The notes: generated by a model not told the origin, from the letters alone. Positions 20,058-30,829 are shown, numbered from the stretch's first letter. The stretch: DNA of 57,311 bases from an uncultured Sphingomonadaceae bacterium (GCA_964467715.1 CAYXTJ010000002.1:1-57311); one strand, 5' to 3'. Numbers and translations are program-made.

Positions 20058-20716
20058 GGATGGTTGCCAGCCTGCTGAAGCGCGACCTTGCCCGCTTCCT
20101 GCCCGGCACCGCGAGCGGCGGCACCATGCTGCCGCTGCTGTTCTTCCTTGCCGTGGCGATGCTCTATCCCTTTGCCATCGGCCCCAATCCCACGCTGCTT
20201 GCCGCGACCGGCGGCGGGGTGATCTGGGTCGCCGCGCTGCTTGCTGCCATCTTGCCGCTGGACCGGCTGCTGGCAAGCGACATGCACGAAGGCTTCTTCG
20301 ACCAATGGGCCTTGCGCGGCATTTCGGAAGAGGTTGTTGTGGCCGTGCGGCTGCTGGCGCATTGGCTCAGCTTCGGGCCGTTCATCATGCTCGCTGCCCT
20401 GCCCGCGTCAGCTCTGGTCGGCATCGATGGCGAGACCTTGCGCATTGTCGAACTGGGCTTGCTGGCGGGCACGCCGGGCCTTGCCGCCATCGGCATCATC
20501 ATCGCCGCGATCACCGTGGGATTGCGCAGCGGCGGAGCAGCGCTGTCCGGCTTGCTGGTGATCCCGCTCGCCGTGCCGTTGCTGATCTTCGGCGCAGGCG
20601 CATTGTCGACCGGCGGCGATGGCGGGCTGGCTTTGACCGCTGCCATCAGCCTGCTGCTGGTGGCCATCGCCCCCTTCGCAGGCGGAGCCGCGATCCGCGC
20701 CGCGCGCGAAGGATGA
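20054..20716 (+). CDS. ccmB: Heme exporter permease CcmB
   Basis: LPLLFFL..LYPFAIGP, WVAALLA, LLAHW, LLAGTP, IPLAVPLLIFG. GTGA overlap with ccmA (alternative start ATG 20060). Confidence 0.92.
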   Translation: MRMVASLLKRDLARFLPGTASGGTMLPLLFFLAVAMLYPFAIGPNPTLLAATGGGVIWVAALLAAILPLDRLLASDMHEGFFDQWALRGISEEVVVAVRLLAHWLSFGPFIMLAALPASALVGIDGETLRIVELGLLAGTPGLAAIGIIIAAITVGLRSGGAALSGLLVIPLAVPLLIFGAGALSTGGDGGLALTAAISLLLVAIAPFAGGAAIRAAREG

Positions 20717-21126
20717 TCGAAGCGATCGGCCAAGGCCGGGTGTTCACGCCTGAAGACTGCGCGGATCTCCCACGCGAGAGCGGTGCCTATGTCCTGCTGA
20801 TCGAGCTGGCTGCGCCCTTCACCGGCCGTTTCGCCAGCCAGGACTTCACCCTGCCGCAGGGCCGCTTTGCCTATTGCGGCAGCGCCAATGGACCCGGCGG
20901 CATCGCCGCGCGCGTGGCTCGCCATTTCCGGCGCGACAAGAAGCCGCACTGGCACGTGGACCAGCTGACCATCGCTGCGCGCCACATCACGGCCCGCGCC
21001 TTTCCGGCAGGCAGTGAATGTGCGCTGGTCGCAAAGCTGCTGGCTGCCGGTGCGACAACGCCTTTGCCCGGTTTCGGCAGTTCGGATTGCCGCAGATGCG
21101 CGGCGCACCTGCTGGCGATCAGATAG
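20713..21126 (+). CDS. GIY-YIG/Uri superfamily endonuclease, DUF123-like
   Basis: GAYVL, YCGSA, RVARH, HWHVD, EC, GFGSSDC..C..HL; ATGA overlap with the ccmB stop. Confidence 0.8.
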   Translation: MIEAIGQGRVFTPEDCADLPRESGAYVLLIELAAPFTGRFASQDFTLPQGRFAYCGSANGPGGIAARVARHFRRDKKPHWHVDQLTIAARHITARAFPAGSECALVAKLLAAGATTPLPGFGSSDCRRCAAHLLAIR

Positions 21127-21481
21127 ACGGTTCGTAACCCGATCGCTTGAGGCTCATCATGTAGGTGACAAGTTCCTCGATCTGCGGGCGGTTCAGCTCG
21201 AAATCCATCTCTTCGGGATAGTTGTGCGCATCGATCAGCCAGGTGCGCAGCGTGTCCTTGGTGAGATCAGGATCATTGACGATGCTGGGCCATTCCGGCG
21301 CGCGTGGATCGGGAGACAGCGCATTGTGATCCACCGCGTGACATCCGCCGCAGGCTGCCTCGGCAAAGGCATGCACGTCGCCATAGACATTGCGCTCCAC
21401 CCGATTGGGAGCATCAGCGGCGGTTGTCTGGCAGGCAGCGAGTGCCAGCAGGCCCGCAAGTGCGGCGAGGTTTCTTACCAT
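21119..21481 (-). CDS. Monoheme c-type cytochrome lipoprotein
   Basis: Lipobox LLALAAC, heme motif CGGCH, distal Met in NYPEEM. Start placed at ATG 21481. Confidence 0.85.
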   Translation of the reverse strand: MVRNLAALAGLLALAACQTTAADAPNRVERNVYGDVHAFAEAACGGCHAVDHNALSPDPRAPEWPSIVNDPDLTKDTLRTWLIDAHNYPEEMDFELNRPQIEELVTYMMSLKRSGYEPSI

Positions 21482-21903
21482 TGTAGGTCCACCCATACAT
21501 CACGATCAAGCACCCAGATGTGGGCAAAGCGCCCGCCACCCAGCGGCACGCCGGTATTGCGGTCCAGCACCTGATAATTGCCGTGGACCAGCATCATCTC
21601 GCTATCGACCACGCTGTCTGTCACGTTGAGCTCGGTAATGGGGTTGGCGCGGCCCATGTCGCAAGCCCAGTAATCGCCGATGGAAGCCTGTCCGATGAAG
21701 CGGCCCTCGCGGTGGATGTAGAGCTCGGCATCGTCAGCATAGAGATCGGCCAGCGCGGGCACGTCTACGCTGTTATAGGCCGCCGTCCAGCGGTTGGCGA
21801 GTTCCTGCACCTGCGACTGATCTGCCGGGTCCTGCCCTGCGGCAGGCGTTGCAAGGGCGGTTGCGCCCAGAGCGAGCGAAGCGAAAAGCGTACGGAAAGT
21901 CAT
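21475..21903 (-). CDS. Exported NTF2-like (DUF4440/SnoaL) protein
   Basis: RBS GGAGG, signal peptide, WTAAYN...LADLYADDA, G..SI..YW, VHGNY, GRFAHIW. Confidence 0.75.
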   Translation of the reverse strand: MTFRTLFASLALGATALATPAAGQDPADQSQVQELANRWTAAYNSVDVPALADLYADDAELYIHREGRFIGQASIGDYWACDMGRANPITELNVTDSVVDSEMMLVHGNYQVLDRNTGVPLGGGRFAHIWVLDRDVWVDLQW

Positions 21904-21991
21904 GACCATTCTCCTCCAGTGTTGGAGCAAGAATGGATCGCATCCGCGCGCCCGGCATTGACGCGGGTCAAACGCGCCGCGCCGCCCCGCG

Positions 21992-22819
21992 TCAGAAAGC
22001 GGCGGGGTTGTGCAGGCCCTTGGGGCTCTCGGTGAACAACTCGCAGCCAAGCTCGGTAATGCCGATGGAATGTTCGAACTGGGCGGACAGGCTCTTGTCG
22101 CGCGTCACCGCGGTCCACCCGTCATTCAGAAGCTTCACGTGGGCACGGCCGAGGTTGATCATCGGTTCGATGGTCATGAACATGCCGGCCTTCAGTTCGG
22201 GTCCGGTGCCGGCACGCGCGGCGTGGACCACTTCGGGCGCGTCGTGGAACAGGCGGCCAAGGCCATGGCCGCAAAACTCGCGCACCACGCCGTAGCGGTG
22301 CTTTTCGGCATGGGCCTGGATTGCCGCGCCGATATCGCCCAGCCGCGCACCGGGGCGCACCTGATCGATGCCGATCATCAGGCATTCGTAAGTCACATCA
22401 ACCAGCCGCCGCGCCTTCAGCGGCACATCGCCGACAAGATACATGCGGCTGGTATCGCCGTGCCAGCCATCCAGCAGCGGGGTGACGTCGATATTTACGA
22501 TATCGCCGGACTTGAGCACCTTCGGACCCGGAATGCCGTGGCACACCACGTGGTTGATCGAGGTGCAGCAGCTGTGGGTGAAGCCGCGATAGCCCAGCGT
22601 TGCCGGAACAGCGCCGCCATCCAGCATCATGTTGCGCACGAAGGTATCGAGTTCCTCCGTCGTGACGCCGGGGACGACCTTCTCGTACAGCGCATCGAGG
22701 ATTTCGGCAGCGAGGCGGCCGGCCTTGCGCATGCCTTCAAAGCCTTCCGGCCCATGGATCTTGATAGTCCCGTCGCGATAGACGGACATGTCATCTGTTA
22801 CGTGCTGATATTCGACCAT
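21992..22819 (-). CDS. map: Methionine aminopeptidase type I
   Basis: CTSINHVVCHGIP, NIDVT, HGDTSR, GHGLG, TIEPMIN, AQFEHS. Confidence 0.96.
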   Translation of the reverse strand: MVEYQHVTDDMSVYRDGTIKIHGPEGFEGMRKAGRLAAEILDALYEKVVPGVTTEELDTFVRNMMLDGGAVPATLGYRGFTHSCCTSINHVVCHGIPGPKVLKSGDIVNIDVTPLLDGWHGDTSRMYLVGDVPLKARRLVDVTYECLMIGIDQVRPGARLGDIGAAIQAHAEKHRYGVVREFCGHGLGRLFHDAPEVVHAARAGTGPELKAGMFMTIEPMINLGRAHVKLLNDGWTAVTRDKSLSAQFEHSIGITELGCELFTESPKGLHNPAAF

Positions 22820-22862
22820 GGTGAGCCATGTAGCGAATGACCGCCGGAAATGCGACTCTCCT

Positions 22863-23537
22863 TCAGTTGGCGAGGATCAGGTCGTCGCGATGTTCGTGCC
22901 TTGTGCACTGGTTCTGGAAATCGGCAGCCTTGGCATCGAGCCGGGCAAGCAGGCTTTCGAACTGGCCGCGCATCCGGGTGATGATCGCCTTCGGCAGAAC
23001 GGCGGTGCCCAGATATTCGCTCCCGCCGTCGCCATAGACGCTGAGCCGCAGCTGGTCCTTGTCCCCCGCCCAGCGCAGCAGGTGCCCAAGCCGGATCGAA
23101 GCAGCGGCCTTGCGCTTTTCGTAACGGTTCATCAGCACCGCAAAAGTGCCGTCGTTCAGCCTTTCATCCACTGTCAGCAGCAGAGGTCGCGGCAGACGGC
23201 GCGGAGCATCCCACATCAGGTGCAGCCGCCCCGCCTCGAACGCCTGTGGCCCCAGCGGTTCAGACCAGAAGGCGTGCAGATTGGCTGGCGATTCCTGCTC
23301 GTAATCGTTGAACGCCAGCGGCTCGTTGCTGAGCCACACCAGGGATTCGGCGTGCGCGCCGTTGCTGTCCACCACCATGCTGCCGCTGGCGCTCAGCGGT
23401 CCGTCGGCCAATTCCGCCTCGCAGCGGAAGAAGAACTGTCGCTCATCGCCGAAAGGGCCGGCCGCCCCGTCCTCCTGCGCCAGCACCGCACCTGTCGGCC
23501 CGGCAGCAGCAAGCAGGAGAGCGAGCCAGCGCATCAC
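22863..23537 (-). CDS. Hypothetical exported protein
   Basis: Signal peptide MRWLALLLAAAGPTGAVLAQ; fills the gap between the DUF3298 gene and map on the same strand; no recognised domain. Confidence 0.6.
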   Translation of the reverse strand: MMRWLALLLAAAGPTGAVLAQEDGAAGPFGDERQFFFRCEAELADGPLSASGSMVVDSNGAHAESLVWLSNEPLAFNDYEQESPANLHAFWSEPLGPQAFEAGRLHLMWDAPRRLPRPLLLTVDERLNDGTFAVLMNRYEKRKAAASIRLGHLLRWAGDKDQLRLSVYGDGGSEYLGTAVLPKAIITRMRGQFESLLARLDAKAADFQNQCTRHEHRDDLILAN

Positions 23538-23538
23538 T

Positions 23539-24339
23539 TCACCGCACCGCGAAGGCGCTGCGGTATTCCTCCTTCACCACCTCCAGCATGGCAGGGGTGA
23601 CGGGGAAGGTGAATTCGAACGATCCTTCGGCATAGGGGCCTGCCACATAGGGGCCGACCTGAACGCCGATACGGTTGAAGGCCTTGCCACCGGCGGAACC
23701 GAGCAGGATCGTGGTGTCGGACAGTGGCACGCAGGCGTCGAACATCTCCTCGCTGCCCTCTTCCACCGGCTGCCCGCGGCGCTTGGCGCGCTCGGCATTC
23801 AGCTGCTCGCAGAAAGTCTCGGCAAGGATATCGTCCAGCGCATCGAGGCTGGTGAAGAAGTCCTCCGGCTCCAGCGCCTTGCCAGCTTCGCGGTCCCACA
23901 CCAGCGCACCGAAACCGTAATTCCCGTGCGCACCGCCGGTATAGGATTCGATGTTGGAGGACAGGCTGAGGAAGCGCGGCGTATTGGCCACCACCTGCCA
24001 GGCCGTGCTGCTGGAATATTTGTTGAAGGGGAAGCCATCGTCATGCGCCGCCTCGCGTCCGGCGGCGCTTTGTGCGGCAATATCCGCCCGCACCTCGTCC
24101 AGCCGGTCTCCCAGCAAGGCAGCAAGTTCGGGAATATCGCCTGCTTCTTCCGGATAGGAATATTCGAACAGGAAGTCGCCCGTCTCTTCCGCCACGGCGC
24201 GCGCACCGCTGGCGGGCAGCGGCGTGGCAGATGCGCTCTCGGTCGGAGTCGGCGTTTCTGCGGGAACCGGCTCCGGATTATCCTGCCTACAGGACACGAG
24301 CAGCAATGCCGCCGTCAGCCCCAGACAAACTCGTCCCAT
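23539..24339 (-). CDS. DUF3298/DUF4163 (RsiV/PdaC-like) lipoprotein
   Basis: Lipobox LLLVSC, FLSLS...YTGGAHGN, PYVAGPYAEG. Start placed at ATG 24339. Confidence 0.85.
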   Translation of the reverse strand: MGRVCLGLTAALLLVSCRQDNPEPVPAETPTPTESASATPLPASGARAVAEETGDFLFEYSYPEEAGDIPELAALLGDRLDEVRADIAAQSAAGREAAHDDGFPFNKYSSSTAWQVVANTPRFLSLSSNIESYTGGAHGNYGFGALVWDREAGKALEPEDFFTSLDALDDILAETFCEQLNAERAKRRGQPVEEGSEEMFDACVPLSDTTILLGSAGGKAFNRIGVQVGPYVAGPYAEGSFEFTFPVTPAMLEVVKEEYRSAFAVR

Positions 24340-24389
24340 TAGTCTTCTCTGCCTTTCCAAATGCGACCCTTGCGGGCAGAAAGGCCTTT

Positions 24390-25772
<1,383 letters not shown>

Positions 25773-25841
25773 GGGCCCGTCATTGCAGCAAGCTTGCCCC
25801 TTGGCGCGCCCGCGTCTAATGGCGGCCACAAGTGAACACTT

Positions 25842-26219
25842 GTGAGTATTGATGTGACTGCTTCTGCGATGACCGATGACGCGCTGGCCACCCATGCGCA
25901 GGGCCCGTTCGTCCTGTCCGGCCCCGTTGAACGGCCTAACGAGACGCGCGTTCCGCTGCGTGGCGACGTGGCGCATATCGGCCTCGCGGGGAAGTATTTC
26001 GTGCCGCATTATGCCGTGCCACAGCCGCGCAGCGTGATGCCCGGCGGCGCGGTGCTGCGCCGCGCTGCGTCAGACGAGGCGGCAGAGATCTGCACACTGC
26101 TGGAAGGTGACAGCTTCGAACTGCTCGACATCACTGGCAGCTGGGCGTGGGGTTGCCTCTCGCTGGAAGGCCCGGTGGGCTATGTCGATATCGACCGGCT
26201 GGAGCCCGTCAGCGCATGA
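25842..26219 (+). CDS. Small SH3-domain protein resembling the N-terminal part of NlpC/P60 dipeptidyl peptidases
   Basis: LRGDVAHIGLAG, LLEGDSFELLDITGSWAWG...VGYV SH3b-like pattern; ATGA overlap with argC. Confidence 0.7.
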   Translation: MSIDVTASAMTDDALATHAQGPFVLSGPVERPNETRVPLRGDVAHIGLAGKYFVPHYAVPQPRSVMPGGAVLRRAASDEAAEICTLLEGDSFELLDITGSWAWGCLSLEGPVGYVDIDRLEPVSA

Positions 26220-27142
26220 CGCAGACCGTCTTCATCGATGGTGGTGCCGGCACCACGGGTCTGGAGATTGCCGAGCGGCTGGCCGGCCGCAGCGAATTCG
26301 AGCTGGTGGTGCTGGGCGAGGAACAGCGCAAGGATGCCGATGCCCGTCGCGCGGCGCTGAACGACAGCGACTTTGCCATCCTGTGCCTGCCTGATGATGC
26401 CGCGCGCGATGCCGTGGCGATGATCGACGAAGGCAGCAAGACCCGCGTGATCGATGCCTCCACCGCGCACCGCGTGGCGTCCGGCTGGATCTATGGCTTT
26501 CCCGAAATCGCAGGTAGGCAGGTGGTAGCTGGCGCGCAGCGCGTGTCCAACCCCGGCTGCTATCCCACCGGCTTCCTGGCGCTGATCGCACCGCTGATGC
26601 GCAAGAAGCTGCTCAGCCGCGACTGGGCCTTCACCGTCAACGCCGTGTCCGGCTATTCGGGCGGTGGCAAGGCGCTGATCGGCCGGTTCGAGGAAGACAC
26701 CGACATATCCTTCATGGCCTATGCCCTGAAGCTGGGCCACAAGCACATCCCGGAAATGCAGCAGAAGGCGGGCCTCACCCACCCGCCGGTCTTTTCGCCT
26801 GCGGTCATCCCCGCATTCCGCGGCATGGTGGTGGAAGTGCCCTTGGCGCTGGAAGCCATGCGCGCTGCTGCCAAACCGGAGGAGATGCGCGCTGCGCTGG
26901 CGGAATATTATGCTGATAGTCCGGTGGTGCATGTCGCAGACGAAGCGCCGGGCGAACTGCTGATCCGCAAGTCTGACGAGCCGAGCGACCGGCTGACGCT
27001 GCATGTCTTTTCAGACGAAGCGGGAGACCAGGCGCGGCTGGTGGCCGCGCTGGACAATCTCGGCAAGGGCGCGAGCGGGGCTGCGGTGCAATCGCTGAAC
27101 CTGATGGCCGGATGCAAGGAAACTGCCGGATTGCGCGTCTGA
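26216..27142 (+). CDS. argC: N-acetyl-gamma-glutamyl-phosphate reductase (type 2)
   Basis: VFIDGGAGTTG, IDASTAHR, NPGCYPTG, VSGYSGGGK, DNLGKGASGAAVQ. Start placed at ATG 26216. Confidence 0.95.
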   Translation: MTQTVFIDGGAGTTGLEIAERLAGRSEFELVVLGEEQRKDADARRAALNDSDFAILCLPDDAARDAVAMIDEGSKTRVIDASTAHRVASGWIYGFPEIAGRQVVAGAQRVSNPGCYPTGFLALIAPLMRKKLLSRDWAFTVNAVSGYSGGGKALIGRFEEDTDISFMAYALKLGHKHIPEMQQKAGLTHPPVFSPAVIPAFRGMVVEVPLALEAMRAAAKPEEMRAALAEYYADSPVVHVADEAPGELLIRKSDEPSDRLTLHVFSDEAGDQARLVAALDNLGKGASGAAVQSLNLMAGCKETAGLRV

Positions 27143-27152
27143 GCACCCCTCA

Positions 27153-27192
27153 TGCCTAATTTTTAAGCAGGATGCTGCCAAAATATTGGGCA
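27153..27192. promoter_or_regulatory. Two tandem NtrC-type enhancer sites (TGC-N11-GCA)
   Basis: TGCCTAATTTTTAAGCA at 27153-27169 and TGCCAAAATATTGGGCA at 27176-27192, about 120-155 bp upstream of the sigma54 promoter of glnB-glnA. Confidence 0.7.
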
Positions 27193-27308
27193 ACATTTGA
27201 ACAACTGAACGCCATTTTTGTTGCCGTTGTCGCGCAAAAATGATTCCAATCTTGCGAATCCGCCCTTTCGCAACCGCATACGATTGGCTAGTCCGTATCG
27301 TGCAGGCT

Positions 27309-27323
27309 TGGCATGATTCTTGT
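27309..27323 (+). promoter_or_regulatory. Sigma54 (-24/-12) promoter of glnB-glnA
   Basis: TGGCATGATTCTTGT versus consensus TGGCAC-N5-TTGC; GT replaces GC at -12. Confidence 0.7.
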
Positions 27324-27325
27324 AA

Positions 27326-27736
<411 letters not shown>

Positions 27737-27840
27737 TCGGGCAACAAGTCTGATCTGCTGCATCCCACCCTATTGAGCCGGGACCGTCCGGCCACAATGC
27801 AAACCTGAAAAAAGATCAAACGATCAAGGAAGGAAATACC

Positions 27841-29250
27841 ATGGCGAGTGCATCCGATATCGTAAAACGGATCAAGGACGAGGAGATCGAGTGGGTCGAT
27901 GTCCGCTTCACCGATCCCAAGGGCAAGTGGCAGCACCTGTCGATGTGCGCCCACGTGGTCGATGAAGACATGCTTGAAGAAGGCATGATGTTCGACGGCT
28001 CGTCGATCGAAGGCTGGAAGGTCATCAATGAATCCGACATGATCCTGAAGCCTGACCTGGACGCCGTTTACGTCGATCCGTTCAGCGCCACCCCGATGCT
28101 GGTCATCTTCTGCGACATCGTCGAGCCTTCCGATGGCTCGCTGTATGCCCGCGATCCGCGTTCCACCGCCAAGCGCGCTGAAGCCTATCTGAAGACCACC
28201 GGTCTGGGCGACACGGTGTTCGTCGGCGTGGAACCGGAATTCTTCATGTTCGACGATGTCCGCTTTGAAGACGGCTATGCCGGTTCGGGCTTCGCCATCG
28301 ACGATATCGAACTGCCGACCAACACCGGCACCGAAATGGAAGGCGGCAACCTGGGCCACCGTCCGCGCGCCAAGGGCGGCTACTTCCCCGTGGCTCCCGT
28401 CGATCACTGCATGGATATCCGCGCAGAAATGGTCTCCACCATGATCGAAATGGGCCTGCCGATGGACAAGCAGCACCACGAAGTGGCTGCAGCCCAGCAC
28501 GAACTCGGCATGACCTTCGGCCAGCTGGTGGAAACCGCTGACCGCACCCAGATCTACAAGTATGTGGTGCAGCAGGTTGCCAACGCTTACGGCAAGACCG
28601 CAACCTTCATGCCCAAGCCGATCCGCATGGACAACGGCTCCGGCATGCACACCCACATGTCGATCTGGAACAAAGGCAAGAACACCTTCGCTGGCGAAGG
28701 CTATGCCGGCCTGTCGGAAACCTGCCTTTATTACATCGGCGGCGTGATCAAGCACGCCAAGGCAGTTAACGCCTTCACCAACCCGACCACTAACAGCTAC
28801 AAGCGTCTGGTGCCGGGCTTTGAAGCGCCCGTGCTGCTGGCCTACTCCGCCCGCAACCGTTCTGCTTCGTGCCGTATTCCTTACGGTGCGGGTGAAAAGG
28901 CCAAGCGCGTGGAATTCCGTTTCCCCGATCCGCTGGGCAACCCCTATCTCTCCGCCGCTGCCCTGCTGATGGCTGGCATCGACGGTATCGAGAACAAGAT
29001 CCACCCCGGCGATGCCATGGACAAGAACCTCTATGATCTTCCGCCGGAAGAACTGGCGAATGTTCCCACGGTCTGCGGCAGCCTGCGCGAAGCGCTGGAA
29101 GCCCTGGAAGCCGATCACGACTTCCTGACCAAGGGCGGCGTGTTCTCCAAGGACCAGATCGATGCCTACATCGAACTGAAGTGGGACGAAGTCTATCGCA
29201 CCGAGCAGACCCCCTGCCCGGTCGAATACGACATGTACTACTCGGCATAA
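27841..29250 (+). CDS. glnA: Glutamine synthetase type I
   Basis: FDGSSI, EPEFF, HHEVA, MPKP...[19 protein letters not shown], adenylylation site NLYDLP. Confidence 0.98.
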   Translation: MASASDIVKRIKDEEIEWVDVRFTDPKGKWQHLSMCAHVVDEDMLEEGMMFDGSSIEGWKVINESDMILKPDLDAVYVDPFSATPMLVIFCDIVEPSDGSLYARDPRSTAKRAEAYLKTTGLGDTVFVGVEPEFFMFDDVRFEDGYAGSGFAIDDIELPTNTGTEMEGGNLGHRPRAKGGYFPVAPVDHCMDIRAEMVSTMIEMGLPMDKQHHEVAAAQHELGMTFGQLVETADRTQIYKYVVQQVANAYGKTATFMPKPIRMDNGSGMHTHMSIWNKGKNTFAGEGYAGLSETCLYYIGGVIKHAKAVNAFTNPTTNSYKRLVPGFEAPVLLAYSARNRSASCRIPYGAGEKAKRVEFRFPDPLGNPYLSAAALLMAGIDGIENKIHPGDAMDKNLYDLPPEELANVPTVCGSLREALEALEADHDFLTKGGVFSKDQIDAYIELKWDEVYRTEQTPCPVEYDMYYSA

Positions 29251-29273
29251 GCCGACCGGATACTCGGATCACC

Positions 29274-29308
29274 AAAGGGGCCGCTCGGGAAACCGGGCGG
29301 CCTTTTTT
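29274..29308 (+). terminator. Rho-independent terminator after glnA
   Basis: GGCCGCTCGG-GAAA-CCGGGCGGCC hairpin followed by TTTTTT. Confidence 0.9.
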
Positions 29309-29310
29309 GC

Positions 29311-29368
29311 TGCGCTACCGCTTCGCTGCTTGAGCGCGGGATTGTTGCGCTACCTGAGCGCGGGATTG
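29311..29368. repeat. Imperfect tandem duplication TGCGCTACC...TGAGCGCGGGATTG
   Basis: TGCGCTACC at 29311 and 29346; TGAGCGCGGGATTG at 29331 and 29355. Copy 1 carries 11 extra nt between the two blocks. Confidence 0.75.
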
Positions 29369-29401
29369 CCTCCCCTCGCCCCGTGGCATAGTCCTTGTCG
29401 C

Positions 29402-30829
29402 ATGGGACTGTTAAGCTTCTATCGCCGCCATTTCACCAAGCAGGGCCGCCGCTGGGCCAAGCGCGACAAGATGAGCCGCGTCGATTATCTGCTTGCCGTG
29501 CACCATGACTGGTTTGACGCGCCGTGTGATGGTTTTGGTGGGCTAAACTATCCTCAATTCTTCGAACAGCAGCTTGCAGAAGGCAAAACCGATCTGGCCC
29601 TCAGCAATATGCGCCGCCTGCCAAAACATGGCTTTGAGCTCGCCAATTTGTACTGGGGCAAGGGCGATCTGGAAAAAGCCGAGCAATATCTGCGCAAGAC
29701 GCTGCAATCCTTTTCCCGCTACGCCGAAGCCGTCGATGAGCACGGCGGCCGTATGCACGAAGCCAAAGCTGGAGCCGGCGTGAAAGCAGCGGCTCTCTTT
29801 CTCGGCGAAAAGCTCGACCGCCCGTTGCTCACCTCTCAATTGGAAAACTGCTACCAGCCATGGTTCAAAAACACGCTGCTGGATTACTGCCTGGGCAAGG
29901 CCAATTTTGACCAGCAAGCATGGCAGGACGCCGAGGACGCTTGGCTGAAAAAGCGCCATCCCAAATACAAGCTGGCCGAATACGGGCTTTATTTGAAGGC
30001 GTTGACCGGCGGCTTCGACGATGATGCGCAGATGCTCAATGCGCATGAGAAAATGTGGGTGGGCAAGGCCAAGCGCAATCCGGATGCAGGCTTTCTCGAA
30101 GGCTATCACGATAACGAGCTGATCGTAGACTTTCTGTTCGCCGCGATCCTGAAGCGGATCAGCTGGGAAGGCAGTTATCGCCACAGCTGGCCGAACACCT
30201 GCCCTGTCGGCACCGCGCCGGTGACCACGCGACCTGCGGACCGGTTTGTGAAAATCATCAAGGCCGCAGCGCCCGCTGCCGCCGCGCAGCCCGATATCAT
30301 CGAGGACGACCAGCAGGCGCAGCAATTCATCGATGCCCATGTGCCCGGGCAGACCAGTTGGTATGATGACGAGGCCCTCGTCGTTCTGCGGCCACCCAAG
30401 GAACAGGGCAAGGTCGCCGAGGCACTTGCGGCCATTGGCTGGGATGCGGACGAGGCGACGCTGGACCTGATGCGCACCTATCGCGTGGACAAGATCCTAA
30501 ACGACAGCACGCATATCATGCTGAGCGATCCCATCGGTGATCGCTACACCGGCCTGAGGAACTGGAACGGACTGTTGTCCGAAGAATTCGGACTGCATCC
30601 CGATTTCATCGCCATTGCCGAAAGCGAGGACAAGCGCGACTACCGCGATCCGCAAGGCGCATGGTACGTCTACTGGAAGAAGGATCGCCGAATCTACGCC
30701 GTCCAGCGCGACGACTGGGACAAGCCGGAAGAGGCAACGCGCGAGGCGAAATCCGGCATCAGCCTGTGGCCGTCCTACCCCAGCTTTATCGCCTGGTGGG
30801 TGGCGCAGCACCTAGAAGGAAAGCGCTAG
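29402..30829 (+). CDS. Hypothetical two-domain protein, immunity-protein-like (helical N-domain plus SMI1/KNR4-like C-domain)
   Basis: Long ORF rich in W/Y/K/D; Ala/Pro linker AAAPAAAAQP; C-terminal LHPDFIAIA...GAWYVY...RIY...WPSYPSFIAWW resembles the SUKH/SMI1 pattern. Start placed at ATG 29402. Confidence 0.65.
   Translation: MGLLSFYRRHFTKQGRRWAKRDKMSRVDYLLAVHHDWFDAPCDGFGGLNYPQFFEQQLAEGKTDLALSNMRRLPKHGFELANLYWGKGDLEKAEQYLRKTLQSFSRYAEAVDEHGGRMHEAKAGAGVKAAALFLGEKLDRPLLTSQLENCYQPWFKNTLLDYCLGKANFDQQAWQDAEDAWLKKRHPKYKLAEYGLYLKALTGGFDDDAQMLNAHEKMWVGKAKRNPDAGFLEGYHDNELIVDFLFAAILKRISWEGSYRHSWPNTCPVGTAPVTTRPADRFVKIIKAAAPAAAAQPDIIEDDQQAQQFIDAHVPGQTSWYDDEALVVLRPPKEQGKVAEALAAIGWDADEATLDLMRTYRVDKILNDSTHIMLSDPIGDRYTGLRNWNGLLSEEFGLHPDFIAIAESEDKRDYRDPQGAWYVYWKKDRRIYAVQRDDWDKPEEATREAKSGISLWPSYPSFIAWWVAQHLEGKR

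Noticed and set aside
19482-20716. Missing ccmC-I as a broken cytochrome c maturation system
   Set aside because: Split ccm loci are common in alphaproteobacteria; the remaining genes may lie outside the window.
21959-21994. Inverted repeat TGACGCGGG...CCCGCGTCA at the map stop
   Set aside because: Short stem, large loop and no U tract; plausible by chance in high-GC DNA.
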